Below, one piece after another: positions 10,901 through 64,000 of a stretch of DNA of 64,000 bases; positions within the stretch are counted from its first letter, which is position 1, and each line of letters opens with the position of its first letter. Origin of the DNA: Zootoca vivipara (taxonomy: Eukaryota); contig NC_083278.1 in assembly GCF_963506605.1 (NCBI RefSeq), positions 27,714,001 through 27,778,000 on the forward strand, written 5' to 3'. The position numbers were made by a program, and so were the translations under genes. The notes under the pieces were generated by a model that searched no databases, was not told the DNA's origin, and saw nothing but the letters and a program-made list of their open reading frames with translations.

Positions 10901-11944
10901 AGTAGCTACTGTGACGTCAGGTTGGCATAGCTGTGATTATACCTGGAACAAAATAAAAAAGTGACTGATAGTCAGTCACCCATTTCCACCACCCTTCTGA
11001 GTGATACCCCTCCCCACCCTTTCTCTACATATAAGCATCTGGGGACTTCTATTTCAGTGTATCTGAAGAAGGGTGCATGCACACGAAAGCTCATACAAAA
11101 ATAAAAAAACTTAGTTGGTCTTTAAGGTGCTGCTGGAAGGAATTTTTTTATTTTGTTTTGACTACGTCAGACCAACACGGCTACCTACCTGTAATTATAC
11201 CTGGAAGTTTCTCTTAGCTTCTGGGCTCAAATATTGGCCTTTTAAAACCTCAAAGCGGGGGTAGTTAACCTGCAGGCCTATGTTGCTGAATTAAAACCCG
11301 CATCAATCCCAGCCTGTATGGCCAGTGGTCAGGGTGATGATGGGAGTCGTAGTTCAGCAGCATCCTGAAGGCCACGTATTAGCCACACCTGCCCTTAAAT
11401 GCTTTGGGACCAGGCTATATGAAAGACTACCATTGCCCAGGATTGAAGAATTTGCATTCAAAGCCTTGGGCTCTGGTCTGCAAGTAAAAATGGTTAGGTT
11501 AGCATCAAGGACAGGGCCTTCTCCATGGTGGCTCTTTATTTCTGGAATGCCCTCTACAGGGAAAATTGTATGGCACAGACCTTTAAGAAAATGCTTTGGG
11601 GTTTTAAAAAATATTGTGTGTGTGTGTTGTTGTTGATGTTGTTGAGAACTGTTATTTGTAACTATTGTTAATATTGACAGTTTTTACTGCTTTAAATCGT
11701 AGAATGTTAATGTCTTCTATTGATTGATCGTAACTCGTCTCAAGTGTGTTTATCCTATGAGAGACTAACTAGAAATATAGTAAATTAAGTTACATACAGT
11801 AAAATGGAGAAAAACAAAAGTTTTTAACTAAACACTTCCCCTCCCCCCACAGTTCTGGTCCGTTTCATAGTCATGATGGCTCTGAATATATGGGTCACAG
11901 CAACTATACTGCAATACAGGAAGCCAGCAAAGAAGAGTGATTAA
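4476..11944 (+). CDS. SLC66A3: SLC66A3 / PQ-loop repeat protein 3, complete spliced CDS (7 exons, 615 nt, 204 aa)
   Basis: Exons 4476-4624, 5991-6073, 6156-6225, 7076-7133, 9218-9338, 10024-10065, 11853-11944 join in frame: MGLESLLLDVANWSTILACGVLKVPQ...FLVCLRYMSYYNYPLLTYIEYPIIIVQDVILLL...QKWIVDLAMNLSTVISAASKLVQL...RDSGQVSAMTWSL...MALNIWVTATILQYRKPAKKSD*; matches recalled human PQLC3; adjacent to ROCK2 as in human. Confidence 0.96.
4880..4950 (+). mobile_element. CR1 LINE 3' end fragment
   Basis: ggactagatgacc...cccttcc..ctccacaattctatga CR1 terminus. Confidence 0.65.
5447..5603. mobile_element. Palindromic MITE-like element
   Basis: Imperfect inverted arms ctcaaagaattctggg...cccagaattctttgag. 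Confidence 0.6.
5991..6073 (+). CDS. SLC66A3: SLC66A3 exon 2
   Basis: ctttcag| FLVCLRYMSYYNYPLLTYIEYPIIIVQ |gtagt. Confidence 0.95.
6156..6225 (+). CDS. SLC66A3: SLC66A3 exon 3
   Basis: tttcag| DVILLLFVLHYGGKMKHALPYTA |gtatcctttt (U12-type donor). Confidence 0.93.
7076..7133 (+). CDS. SLC66A3: SLC66A3 exon 4
   Basis: attag| FVAGWYMLTLQKWIVDLAM |gtaagt. Confidence 0.92.
7215..8298 (+). mobile_element. Rex1/Babar-type LINE 3' fragment (RT C-terminus), interrupted by hAT element
   Basis: KTKEMIVDFRK...AQQRLYFLR...ESVLTYG..VWFG...HPGNDLFQLLPSGGRYR...KNSFYP; tail gacaataagattatctatctatct. Confidence 0.85.
7878..8217. mobile_element. Non-autonomous hAT DNA transposon (340 bp)
   Basis: TIRs caggtgtcagcaac/gttgctaatgcctg; 8-bp TSD gttttgaa (7870-7877, 8218-8225). 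Confidence 0.85.
8525..9045. mobile_element. Tigger/pogo-like (Tc1-mariner) MITE with a second MITE nested at 8620-8820
   Basis: TIR tacctcggtttaag/cttaaaccgaggtac; inner element cagtggtacctc...gaggtatgactg flanked by TA duplication. Confidence 0.8.
9218..9338 (+). CDS. SLC66A3: SLC66A3 exon 5
   Basis: cctgcag| NLSTVISAASKLVQLRYLWRTRDSGQVSAMTWSLAVYTCA |gtaagc. Confidence 0.95.
10024..10065 (+). CDS. SLC66A3: SLC66A3 exon 6
   Basis: ttgcag| (T)RIFTTVMTTKDVT |gtaat. Confidence 0.94.
10949..11193 (+). mobile_element. Penelope-like retroelement terminal fragment with hammerhead motif, 13-bp TSD
   Basis: ctgaagaa..gcacacgaaagctc..aacttagttggtctttaaggtgc terminus; TSD attatacctggaa at 10936-10948 and 11194-11206. 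Confidence 0.8.
11058..11097 (+). ncRNA. Putative minimal type I hammerhead ribozyme (Penelope-associated)
   Basis: Stem I TGTAT/ATACA, core CTGAAGA, stem II, GAAA, minimal stem III, cleavage triplet CTC. Confidence 0.6.
11500..11790 (+). mobile_element. Old L2 LINE 3' fragment
   Basis: gacagggccttctccatggtggctc...tggaatgccct (RAFS..P.LWN.LP-like). Confidence 0.55.
11853..11944 (+). CDS. SLC66A3: SLC66A3 last coding exon 7
   Basis: cccacag| (V)LVRFIVMMALNIWVTATILQYRKPAKKSD*. Confidence 0.95.
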
Positions 11945-12114
11945 GATGACGTTCTGTCTATTTTAAGTGGTCTGGATCAAAAGGAAGAATGAAACCAATA
12001 TATGAGACGGTAAATTAGGACCAAAGTTATCACCAAGCTTCAGTAAACCAGAAATCCATTTAATGGGAAACTGCTGATGTTTCACACACTAAAGGAAGTT
12101 GCCACTATGAATTC

Positions 12115-12120
12115 AATAAA
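12115..12120 (+). terminator. Candidate proximal polyadenylation signal of SLC66A3 (AATAAA); further AATAAA at 13225
   Basis: AATAAA 170 nt after stop followed by GT/T-rich sequence. Confidence 0.55.
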
Positions 12121-12644
12121 AGTTCTGATGTTTGTTGGCATGCATACACTTTGATGTATTTTGTAAGAAAATTTTAATGGATTGCCGAATGTGTGCCCAT
12201 ATAGTGTTATTGAAATACTAAAGCAACTTCTTATGCCTCTCACTCTCCCATCAAGTATCTGTTGCCAAATGGAAATGCAGCTGTGGCGTCCCTTTTTGTC
12301 AAATTCTAGTTATGTATGATACAAGCGTTGTTCCAGGGTATGAGGTTGTAGCACCCTTAAATGTATTAGTTGCTCTTGCATCAGCCCCTTACCAAAAAAC
12401 TTAAGTTTCATTGCTGAAGCTTTTGTTTCTGAGGTTACAGTGTGCTCTTTCTCGCACACAACTGGAGTTTTAACTTCTTTACTTGCTCAGTAAACCTGTT
12501 AGTCCTGCCTGCTGCATAGTAAATTGGTTCTCAAGTTTCATGGACTGCAATAATAGTTTAGAATAGCTAAGTTTCTTTGGATTGGGGTCTTATTCTTTTA
12601 CACATCCAACTTCCTATTGGTTAGCTGGTTCTCAATATCTAATG

Positions 12645-12780
12645 CAGGCATCCCCAAACTGCGGCCCTCCAGATGTTTTGGCCTACAACTCCCATGATCC
12701 CTAGCTAAGAGGACCAGTGGTCAGGGATGATGGGAATTATAGTCCAAAACATCTGGAGGGCCGAAGTTTGGGGATGCCTG
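12645..12780. mobile_element. 136-bp hAT MITE
   Basis: TIR caggcatccccaaact/agtttggggatgcctg; perfect 8-bp TSD atctaatg. Confidence 0.9.
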
Positions 12781-13370
12781 ATCTAATGGGTGCCTGTAAA
12801 AGAAACAACAGCCTACATAAATGCTTTTAAGCATTTCCAAAATAACTGCAAGAATGGGTTTGTTTCGGTTGAAATACACATTAAACTCCAGGAATATAAA
12901 CCCCATTATAAACTTGCCTGAGCTGAGAAAAACAGCTGCTTAGGCTGGCTACCTAGGATTCAGTTACATTTTTGAATGACAGTTGGGAAAGAGCGGCAAT
13001 GCTTCATCGCAGTTCAGAAAGCATAAATATAAAATCCTTTATTTTGAAAGGCACTTTCAGAAATGCTTCCAAATATGTGAAAGTAAGCAGCCATTCGCTA
13101 CTTCCCTGTGGAGCAAGGAAAAGGCAAAAATGGTGTTTTGAGCTGAATCTGTACAATGCGAATCTATACATTTTGAGCAAGCCAAGCCATGAAAACTTTG
13201 TATGACTAGAACCTATTTTAAGTCAATAAAAGCTTTATATTAAACACAATGCTTCTTACATGGTTTAAATCTATGCTTGGGGAAAATAAACCTCCTATGG
13301 CTTTATCTGCTGTAGCAGTTGTACATTACCGAGGAATGAGTACCATCAATTTAGTCTTAGCACCAAGGTA

Positions 13371-13723
13371 CTGTAAAGGTACACCTGACTGTTAGGTCCA
13401 GTTGCAGACTCGGGTTGCGGCGCTCATCTCGCTTTACTGGCCGAGGGAGCCGGCGTTTGTCCGCAGACACCTTCTGGGTCATGTGGCTAGCATGACTAAG
13501 CCGCTTCTGGCAAACCAGAGCAGCGCATGGAAACGCCGTTTACCTTCCTGCGTGAGCGGTACCTATTTATCTACTTGCACTTTGATGTGCTTTCGAACTG
13601 CTAGGTTGGCAGGAGCTGGACCAAACAACGGGAGCTCACCTTGTCACAGAGATTCAAACTGCTGACCTTCCCATCTGCAAGCCCTAGGCTCAGTGGTTTA
13701 TATCACAGCGCCACCCGCGTCCC
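13371..13723 (-). mobile_element. Full-length Sauria SINE
   Basis: GGGACGCGGGTGGCGCTGTG tRNA-like head; TSD ttagcaccaaggta (13357-13370, 13724-13737). Confidence 0.92.
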
Positions 13724-13978
13724 TTAGCACCAAGGTAGAAGACAGTATTTCAAGGTGTCGTTCTTTGGCAAAGTGCCCTGCACTGCATTATGGGGTAAAT
13801 ACTACCTAGGAACTCCCATTGTGCGGAAAGCTTTACAGTGTTTAATGTGAAGAGAGGAGACTTACTACAAGCTGGTGTGTGGATGGGGACTGTTGTCAAG
13901 CAGTGCAAATTGAAGAACTGAAGGAAGCAATCATAAAACCAATGCATGCTTGCAAGATCCAGTCCAAAATGCATACAT

Positions 13979-14228
13979 CAGGGGTCAGCAAACTTTTTCA
14001 GCAGGGGGCCGGTCCACTGTCCCTCAGACCTTGTGAGGGACAAGACTATATTTTGAAAAAATCTATGAACGAATTCCTATGCCCCACAAATAACCCAGAG
14101 ATGCATTTTAAATAAAAGGACACATTCTACTCATGTAAAAACATGCCGATTCCTGGACCGTCCACAGGCCGGATTTAGAAGGCGATTGGGCTGCATTCGG
14201 CCCCCGGGCCTTAGTTTGGGGACCCCTG
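13979..14228. mobile_element. 250-bp non-autonomous hAT element
   Basis: TIR caggggtcagcaaact/agtttggggacccctg; 8-bp TSD gcatacat; same family as 48723. Confidence 0.9.
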
Positions 14229-15649
14229 GCATACATTATCAAGGACTTGTCAATTTGCCTCAAAGGGTTTCCCCAATTACTGTATACAGGCAGGGAATCC
14301 TCCTGGATTGGTGTACCTCATGCCACATTTCCAGCTAGTTCAAGTGCAAAACCTAGCAGTGCCAATGTTTACTCCCTTGAACCAGGTACAATATGGAAGT
14401 TGTGTCTTAAGCAGCAGCCTGTTCTCAGAACAGTGGGATACAGGAAACTAAAAGCTAGGAGCACATATAGCAGTGTTCTCAACTGCATGACAAACTACCT
14501 TTTAGTTTGGAGAAAAGCAAGCAGAGGGAGACCCAAGTGAGGCATATGAAATTATGCATTGTGTGAAGAAGGTAGACAGGTGAGTTGGCAGACTTCCTGT
14601 GGCTACTGGATGATGGGCCTTGGGTAGCAGGGTCTCTTAGGGAAGGTATTGCCAGGTACCTTCCTATCTGAACATCAATCTATTTCTGCCAAACTTGTGA
14701 GGCAATTCCCAACGACTTGTTAAATTTGTGGCTTTTTCTCCATAACTATAGGACAGAGACCGCATCACTAAACCAGGAATGGAAAATCTCTGGCCTGGCC
14801 TGACTTCACCTTAACCAATGAAGTCTTTAAAAATTTGGAAAATCCAATAGTCTTTCTTTCAAAAAATGCATCCATTCAGGGGACTCCGGTACCATAGGCA
14901 GCATTGGGAAGTTGGATTTAAGAATAAGATCCCACTGCTAGAGTCTGAGACTGATTTCCAACTACCATCTTCTACCAAGAGGGAGCTGGTCCTGGGCCCA
15001 CCCATTTTCCTTACCTAAGAGTGAGTCTCTGTGAATTAGTCAGATCCAAAACATGATGGTGGCAAAGGATGGTCTACGTAGGCAAGAGACATAATCCTGC
15101 CAATGTTTACTAAGACCAAAGCTCCATTGTGCTCAATGGGATTTACTTCCAACAAAATATGCAACAGTATTGTTGTCCCATGCTGTTTTAGGGAACTGAT
15201 TTGAACTCTTGCTCATGAGTGGTCAAATTTGATAGCTGTCCCTTCAACCTTTGGATGTCCCATTATCTTCTGACAGATTGGCTCATACAAACACAAGTCC
15301 TGAATGTACCTGTGACCTGCTATTCTTCTGCCAAGCTTGAGCGCTTATGCTATTCTCTGAAAAGGACGTGAATTAATGCTTCACTCTCCTTTTAATCAGG
15401 CACAGGACATCATCTGATCTTTCAAAAGGTGTTACACAAAGCTACTTTTAAACACAGGGAACATTTTGTCCAGCATTGGTTAGCTGATTCCAAGAATTGT
15501 TAAAAATGCATTTCCCTATAAATGTACGGTATGTAAGCAACATTTTGTCCTTCAGAATTCTAAAATAACAGTTCTATGCAAGATGTTCCATTTGTATACT
15601 TCAATTTATAAAAATCAACTTACCAACATCAGGAATTATTTAGTCTTAC

Positions 15650-17879
15650 TCAAATAGTTTATTTAAAAATATATATATATATTTCTTCCAATTCTGAACT
15701 TCCCACAAATAACAATTTTATATAAAATATGTATGCCTTCAGTGAATGGAAACAATTTTTATTGTATACATGTTTTAAAAATAAGTTTTGTATGCAAAAT
15801 ATGCATTTTTAAAAATATGCTGTACTCTCACTATTCAAAACAAGCAAGCAAAATGATAAACTTGCTGTGCCATTGGGGCTCAAAGATAACTGAAATAATA
15901 AAGGTATATTTTAAATTATGGGATGCACAGCTTCTCATACCTAGTGTGTGTATAAACAGTAAAACTGAATATATGGTTGGTGAGTCACCAACTGGATCTT
16001 CTTTCTGTGTGTGACTCAGTGAAACAAATTCTTACTCATTTCAAGGGGGTTTGAATGAGAGAAGACACCAGTTTATAGTGAGCTCAAACTCACTGCATTC
16101 TACTGCACAAGCCCTCCTGAAGCAACTAAAAACCACAGGGGAGTGTTTAGTGAATTGTACCTTATGGGTGTCTATTGGGTGGAAATCCAATTTTTTTGGT
16201 TGAGATGTTAAATAAATCTTGGTTCTCTCCTTTCAAATATCTACTAAGGAAAACAACGTAGTGAAATGTCTCATTTCCTTCATTCAAATGTTAATTCTGT
16301 ATTTCATTAGCACTAGCACACAACATATATATGCATATATATGTAAACATATGGAAAAAAAGAGAGAGAGAGACCAAGGAGGAGGCTACAATAGTTCTTT
16401 TTTCTTTTCCTTTTTTTTTTACTGCCATCATGTTTTAACATTATAGCATACTGTAGTTGTATAAAACATGCATTTTTTCTGGATAAATTATGGACACATC
16501 ATTAAAAATCTCACATAAATTATATTTTGTACAAAATCAAATTTTTTATTTAAAAATTCGATTAAGTGCCTCTAAGGCCCTTTCCTCACATATGTTCTCA
16601 AAAACACACAACTGAAATTATCTTCCTGTTCCAAATGCTATGTGCTAAGAGAACAGGATTCAAAAAGTTTAAAATACATCTACAGTATGTTTCAATCGTT
16701 AAGGATTGGTGACAGTCCTTAGATATTGATTGTGTGGTGAAAATGTAAAAATAGATAGTATGCAAAAAAAGAAAGGCAGAACACTGTTTTGCAGCACTTA
16801 GTAAGGGTAATATAAAATCAATGACTAATACTGAGGTTTGTACAAAGGGTGGATGGGAAGTTATGCCTAAGCATGAAAGCTATATATTAGTTCTAATACT
16901 ACCTGTTCGTTGTTTTTGAAATCAGTACTCAGCTGACCCCTCTCCTCCCCAACCCATTTAGATATACATTCAGAATAGACTGACATTGATATAAACTATT
17001 ATATTGTAAACATAGTGCACTATATTGTTCTGCCACAAAGCAAAATTGCATCCCAAGAGCTGGGAAACCTCTGGATCCTTTATCTCTCTTAAATATCTAG
17101 AATGGGCACAGACTTTAAGGAAATGACATTAATTTAAGGCATTCAAGACTGGTAAAAGAGGACTGCCCATTAAGTAGTTACTGGATATATACTTGGAAGT
17201 TATTATTATATGTCGCTGCTGAAAACAGACATGCAGCCTTTGATATACAGATAATGAATGGCAAAATTCAACAGTATGGCTTTATACACGTGCATAGTTG
17301 CAACTGCAGGTAATGGTATATGAATAATATGTATAAAAAATAAAGTGGAAAGTTTTTTTTAACCCTCTTGCAGCATTACAGTACAATATACATATTTACA
17401 CACCAAAACACATACACACACAGTATAATGGTCACTTCTTTAAGATGCAGTCTTCATCAGTGTGTCAGACCCTCCTTACTGCCCTTTCTTCTGGCAAAAT
17501 TGCTGGTTGCATTTCTCTAAAAAAAACTGACCAAGAGTTGGATTCATCACGTTCCCCCACTCCTTTTATTCCTCTTGTGACATGTAGTGAGAGTCTTTCC
17601 CAGAGAGAATTTGTAGAACAGAATTTGAGAGTATCCTTGTACTATTTACCAACCATTCCTAACTTGCTCAGTCACCCAGAGGGATTACATTAAAAAAACC
17701 AACAGGAATTATTAGTACGTTGTATTGCAGCAAGAAAAAAACACACACCTCTGTAAACTTCTTATCTATTTATACTTGAACTGTCTTTCAGAAACATCTA
17801 TATATATATATTCGTAACCCCAGGAATATGATGGTTCCGTCTTATCAACTCCAATAGTGATGGTATTCATAGGAGGCAG
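15650..17879 (-). other. ROCK2: ROCK2 long AU-rich 3' UTR; AATAAA candidates at 16545-16550, 15758-15763, 15658-15663
   Basis: TE-free AT-rich stretch downstream of stop with multiple minus-strand AATAAA; exact end uncertain. Confidence 0.7.
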
Positions 17880-60547
<42,668 letters not shown>

Positions 60548-62173
60548 TTACAGGATTTAAATGAAATCCTTTGTATTTTTGTCTGTGTGGCTTGGTATCC
60601 ATGATACAGAAATCTGAATCCACTTCCATCAATAATAAAAATCAGAGTATAGCTAATTCTACTTCTTTGACTATTTCATATATGAGTTGCCTAATAGAAA
60701 CATTTCAGTAAGCAGCATGGTTTTTTTTAAAAAAAACAACAACTACTGTATCAGCAATATATTCTGGCTGCATTTGCATCCTGGTTATCACAATGTGCTC
60801 AAGCAGGAAAGAGCCACAGTAAGCCACACAGGATGAAGGGAGTCAGAAGCTTTCTGCAAAGATCAAATCCATTATATTTATTTTAAAATGCTAAAACTCA
60901 TCTCTTTACACTGTAACCATGGCAGCTCATATTATATAGGACTGTAATTTTCTGATTTACCATGGCTGCTTTTTAAAAATAGAGGTCTCTGCCTTACAAT
61001 CCTTTGCTAAGGCACTGGTTGTAAGTTGTAAGTTGCATTAAGACATTGGGATGAATGCTATCTGCCCTGGTGGCTTGAGACAGGGGTCATTCCCAGCCCT
61101 ACTTGGAGATGCGGGGGATTTTCTGCACAGAAAGTAGATGCTCTGCCACTGAGCTATGGTTCTTCCCCTTGCCCTGGTGACTTGCTACCTCCTTTTAACA
61201 AAGGCAAGTAGTAAGAGGAAGTTTTGAAAAAGACTTTAAACTCACTGCCCAGAAATTAATGGCTGAGGTACAGCTCTCTCTCCAGCCTTTTCTGCTAGTG
61301 AAAAATGATGTAAGGGTTATTAGTTTATCAATTAGTTCTTCATACTCCTCTTTGCTTGGCTTGCTGTAGGCTTTATGTTTGTTAAAGACTTTTTATTTGT
61401 TTATTAATTTCAGCAAAAATGTTCTTTTTAAATGAATTTTTTCTTGCCTTTTACAACCTCCTTGTCTGTAAAGACCCTTTTGGTCTTACAGATGTGGACA
61501 CATTTTCTCATGCATGGTATACATGAAATACATTACAAAGAAAGTTTGCAGTGACATTTACTGAGAATTGTATGGGATTGCAATCTAATCATGTAGAACC
61601 AACATAGGTGAAGCTCTCTTTTGCACTGTTGAAGTCAGAATTAAACCTCTCTGGAAAACCAGAACTGGTCCCTTGAGATGAACTGATGAAATAAAAACCC
61701 TGAAGTAGTTTCCATTCACATGCATCATCCAATATTCAGTCACTTGATTAAGTAGTTGATTGATTCATCAATAACACTCTACTCAAAAAGGAAATGACAT
61801 TAATTCATTTCATGAAAGCAGCCTAGTTGACTGTGATAGCATTTTTAAAGGTATTACAAGGCAAGCGGCCAAGAGTGTGAATAATGTTTGTTAAGTGCTT
61901 TGAACAACTGAAATGCTGCTATCTGGTAATGGTAATTATGATTTATTAAACTCTCCTAGGAAGCAAACTTATACTGGGAGGAAGCCCCATTGAAAACAAA
62001 GAGGAAAATGCTGTTAATATCCATAAGTGCTTTCTGCACTATTAATGGAAGTTTCAATTCATGCAATATGTTAAAATAACACTTCATTTTTAAGTGAAAG
62101 GGCAATTTTTTTTACAAAGCACATTTGAGATGTTAACTGGTTCTAGAGTGCCTATTCTGCTGTACCATTAAGT

Positions 62174-62298
62174 ACAGTCATACCTCGGGTTACGTACGCT
62201 TCAGGTTGCGTACTTTTCGGGTTACGTACTCGGAGGACCTGGAAGCGTTTCCTTCCGGGTTCGCCATGCACGCATGCGCAGAATCATTCTGCGCAGTT
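62174..62298. mobile_element. Truncated Tigger/pogo-like MITE
   Basis: ta|cagtcatacctcgggttacg single TIR. Confidence 0.65.
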
Positions 62299-62587
62299 CG
62301 CATATGCACAGAAGCACACTTATTAATATCATTGCAAAGTGTCAAGAAATCAGATTAATTGCTTAACTGGTTGGCATTAGGCAAGCCACTGTCTTTCAGC
62401 TGAATCTACCTAAGCGGGTGTTAAAAATACCACTTTGCACCTGTTTGGAAGAAGGCAGGATATGAAAATAACTATTCTCATAGGGGATAATCAGCTTTCA
62501 ATGTTTTTCATTTATTTCTCACCACCCTCTGATTGCAATTAAACCAAATTGGTGTTTGATGACACTAGTACAAGAGTGGGGAAGCTT

Positions 62588-62682
62588 AGAATCATAGAAT
62601 CATAGAGTTGGAAGAGACCACGAGGGCCATCCACCAGTCCAACCCCCTGCCAAGCAGGAAACACCATCAAAGCATTCTTGAC
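62588..62682 (-). mobile_element. CR1 LINE 3' end
   Basis: (tagaatca)2 tail, gagttggaagagacc..gggccatc..gtccaacccc. Confidence 0.8.
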
Positions 62683-62938
62683 AAAGCTTGTTGTTCCAGT
62701 GGATGAAATAGTTATCTGTCCCCCACCCTATTGGCCAACTCTTGACAGGTGAGAAGGACAATCCACCTGTCAATTACCTGATCTCATTATTATGTCACAT
62801 GATGAATGGTGGGTTGTTCCACCCAACTGTCAAAGTCCCAAGCACCTGACAGCCAACTAGTTACAAGGCACTTGGGAACTGTAGCACTGAGCAAGGGGCT
62901 TTGCTTGCCCCATTACTAATGACTAGTATATTCTAATT

Positions 62939-63420
62939 CAGCATTTCTCAACCGCTGTTCCGCGGCACACTAGCCAGCGAGACGCTGGCTGGTGTGTGGC
63001 GACGTGCGGCGACGAGAAGGGCGATTTGCATTGTCACGTGCCTGGCGGCCGCCAATTTACGGCACTAACCCGCTGGAAAGGAAGCCGGCCGGGTCACGAC
63101 GCGGGGCGAGCACAGCTCTCAACAGCCACCACCACAGGAGGGTGGTTTTAGACAAACTTAAAGAAGCTGGCTGGATGAGCTCAACCTGAAACTTGCTGAG
63201 CAAAGGATTGTGCTGGCAGAGAAATCAGCGGCTTGTGAAGCCTTATTACAGGAGATTGCAACCAACACAGCAATTGGCAAGTGTTTCTTACAGTCATAAT
63301 TATATAGTCAATATAGGGCGGCACAGAGTTAAATTTTTTAACTTTTTTAATGGTGGTGTGCCTCATGATTTTTTTCATGGAACAAGTGTGCCTTGGCCCA
63401 AAAAAGGTTGAGAAACACTG
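62939..63420. mobile_element. 482-bp non-autonomous hAT (Charlie-like) element carrying a captured host gene fragment
   Basis: TIR cagcatttctcaacc/ggttgagaaacactg; perfect 8-bp TSD ttctaatt (62931-62938, 63421-63428). Confidence 0.9.
63138..63282 (+). pseudogene. DNAH10: Captured DNAH10-like (axonemal dynein heavy chain stalk) exon fragment with downstream splice donor
   Basis: EGG(fs)LDKLKEA(del)LDELNLKLAEQRIVLAEKSAACEALLQEIATNTAI-G|gcaagt vs recalled DNAH10 GGLDKLKEATIQLDELNQKLAEQKIVLAEKSAACEALLEEIAVNTAVA. Confidence 0.8.
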
Positions 63421-64000
63421 TTCTAATTATTGTAGACAATTGTTATTGTGGACACATCCAGAATAAATATTCTAGATGGGTGGCAACTAAGAATTGTTCC
63501 TCAGTTGCAGCTTAAGCAGCCTTGTATTTTAGAAAAGACATACTGTTAAATATCTTACAAAAGATATACACTGAGAAATAGATAAGAGATTGTTTTAAGT
63601 TTTTCAACATACCGGTATATGGATTAAAGTACATTGTAACCTACCCAGGAAAGGACCAATACCTTTGCAATTTGTTTGTTTAACCTTCTCCTGAAGGCAT
63701 ATTTCCTCATTTGTTTACCTGCAGAGAGGCATTGCTCATCTACAGCACTGTGTAACTGTATAAGCAACAAGGTATTATAACCATGTACGCTACACAGAAG
63801 AAGAAGAAAAGATCTGCACTACAGAAGCTGATGTGTGAGTAACTGGGCAAACTGGCACAATTTGCATTAAGTAGCAATCACCAAGTTTTTGAAGACTTTG
63901 GGTTATTTTGGAAAGGTTATCAAGTAAAAAGAAGAGCAGAGGCACAGTCTTGCATGGTCAGTGGTCTGCTAGCAGGGCAGGGGAAGTACTTGCAACAAAT

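Overview
Eukaryotic (vertebrate) genomic DNA, most likely a lacertid lizard (inferred from full-length Sauria SINEs plus typical squamate CR1/L2/RTE/Rex/Penelope/hAT/Tigger-like repeats). Two genes lie tail-to-tail, as at human 2p25.1. (1) A complete 7-exon SLC66A3 (PQLC3) gene on + (CDS 4476-11944, 204 aa) with a CpG-island promoter, a GC-AG first intron and a U12-type third intron. (2) ROCK2 exons 4-33 on - (60505-17880; exons 1-3 are outside the window), all canonical exons in frame, including a 12-nt microexon, a GC-AG intron and the muscle ROCK2m-type exon 27'. Most notable observations: a non-autonomous hAT transposon with perfect 8-bp TSDs carrying a captured DNAH10-like dynein exon end plus its splice donor (Pack-TIR); two extra candidate C-terminal ROCK2 exons (a frame-preserving Asp-rich exon and a stop-containing basic exon); and Penelope-derived minimal hammerhead ribozyme motifs, one sense within SLC66A3 intron 6 and one in an 84-bp-arm hairpin in ROCK2 intron 20. 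No prokaryotic features, CRISPR arrays, or intact rRNA/tRNA genes were seen. Homology calls are from recalled sequences, not database searches; exon numbering follows human ROCK2 by inference.
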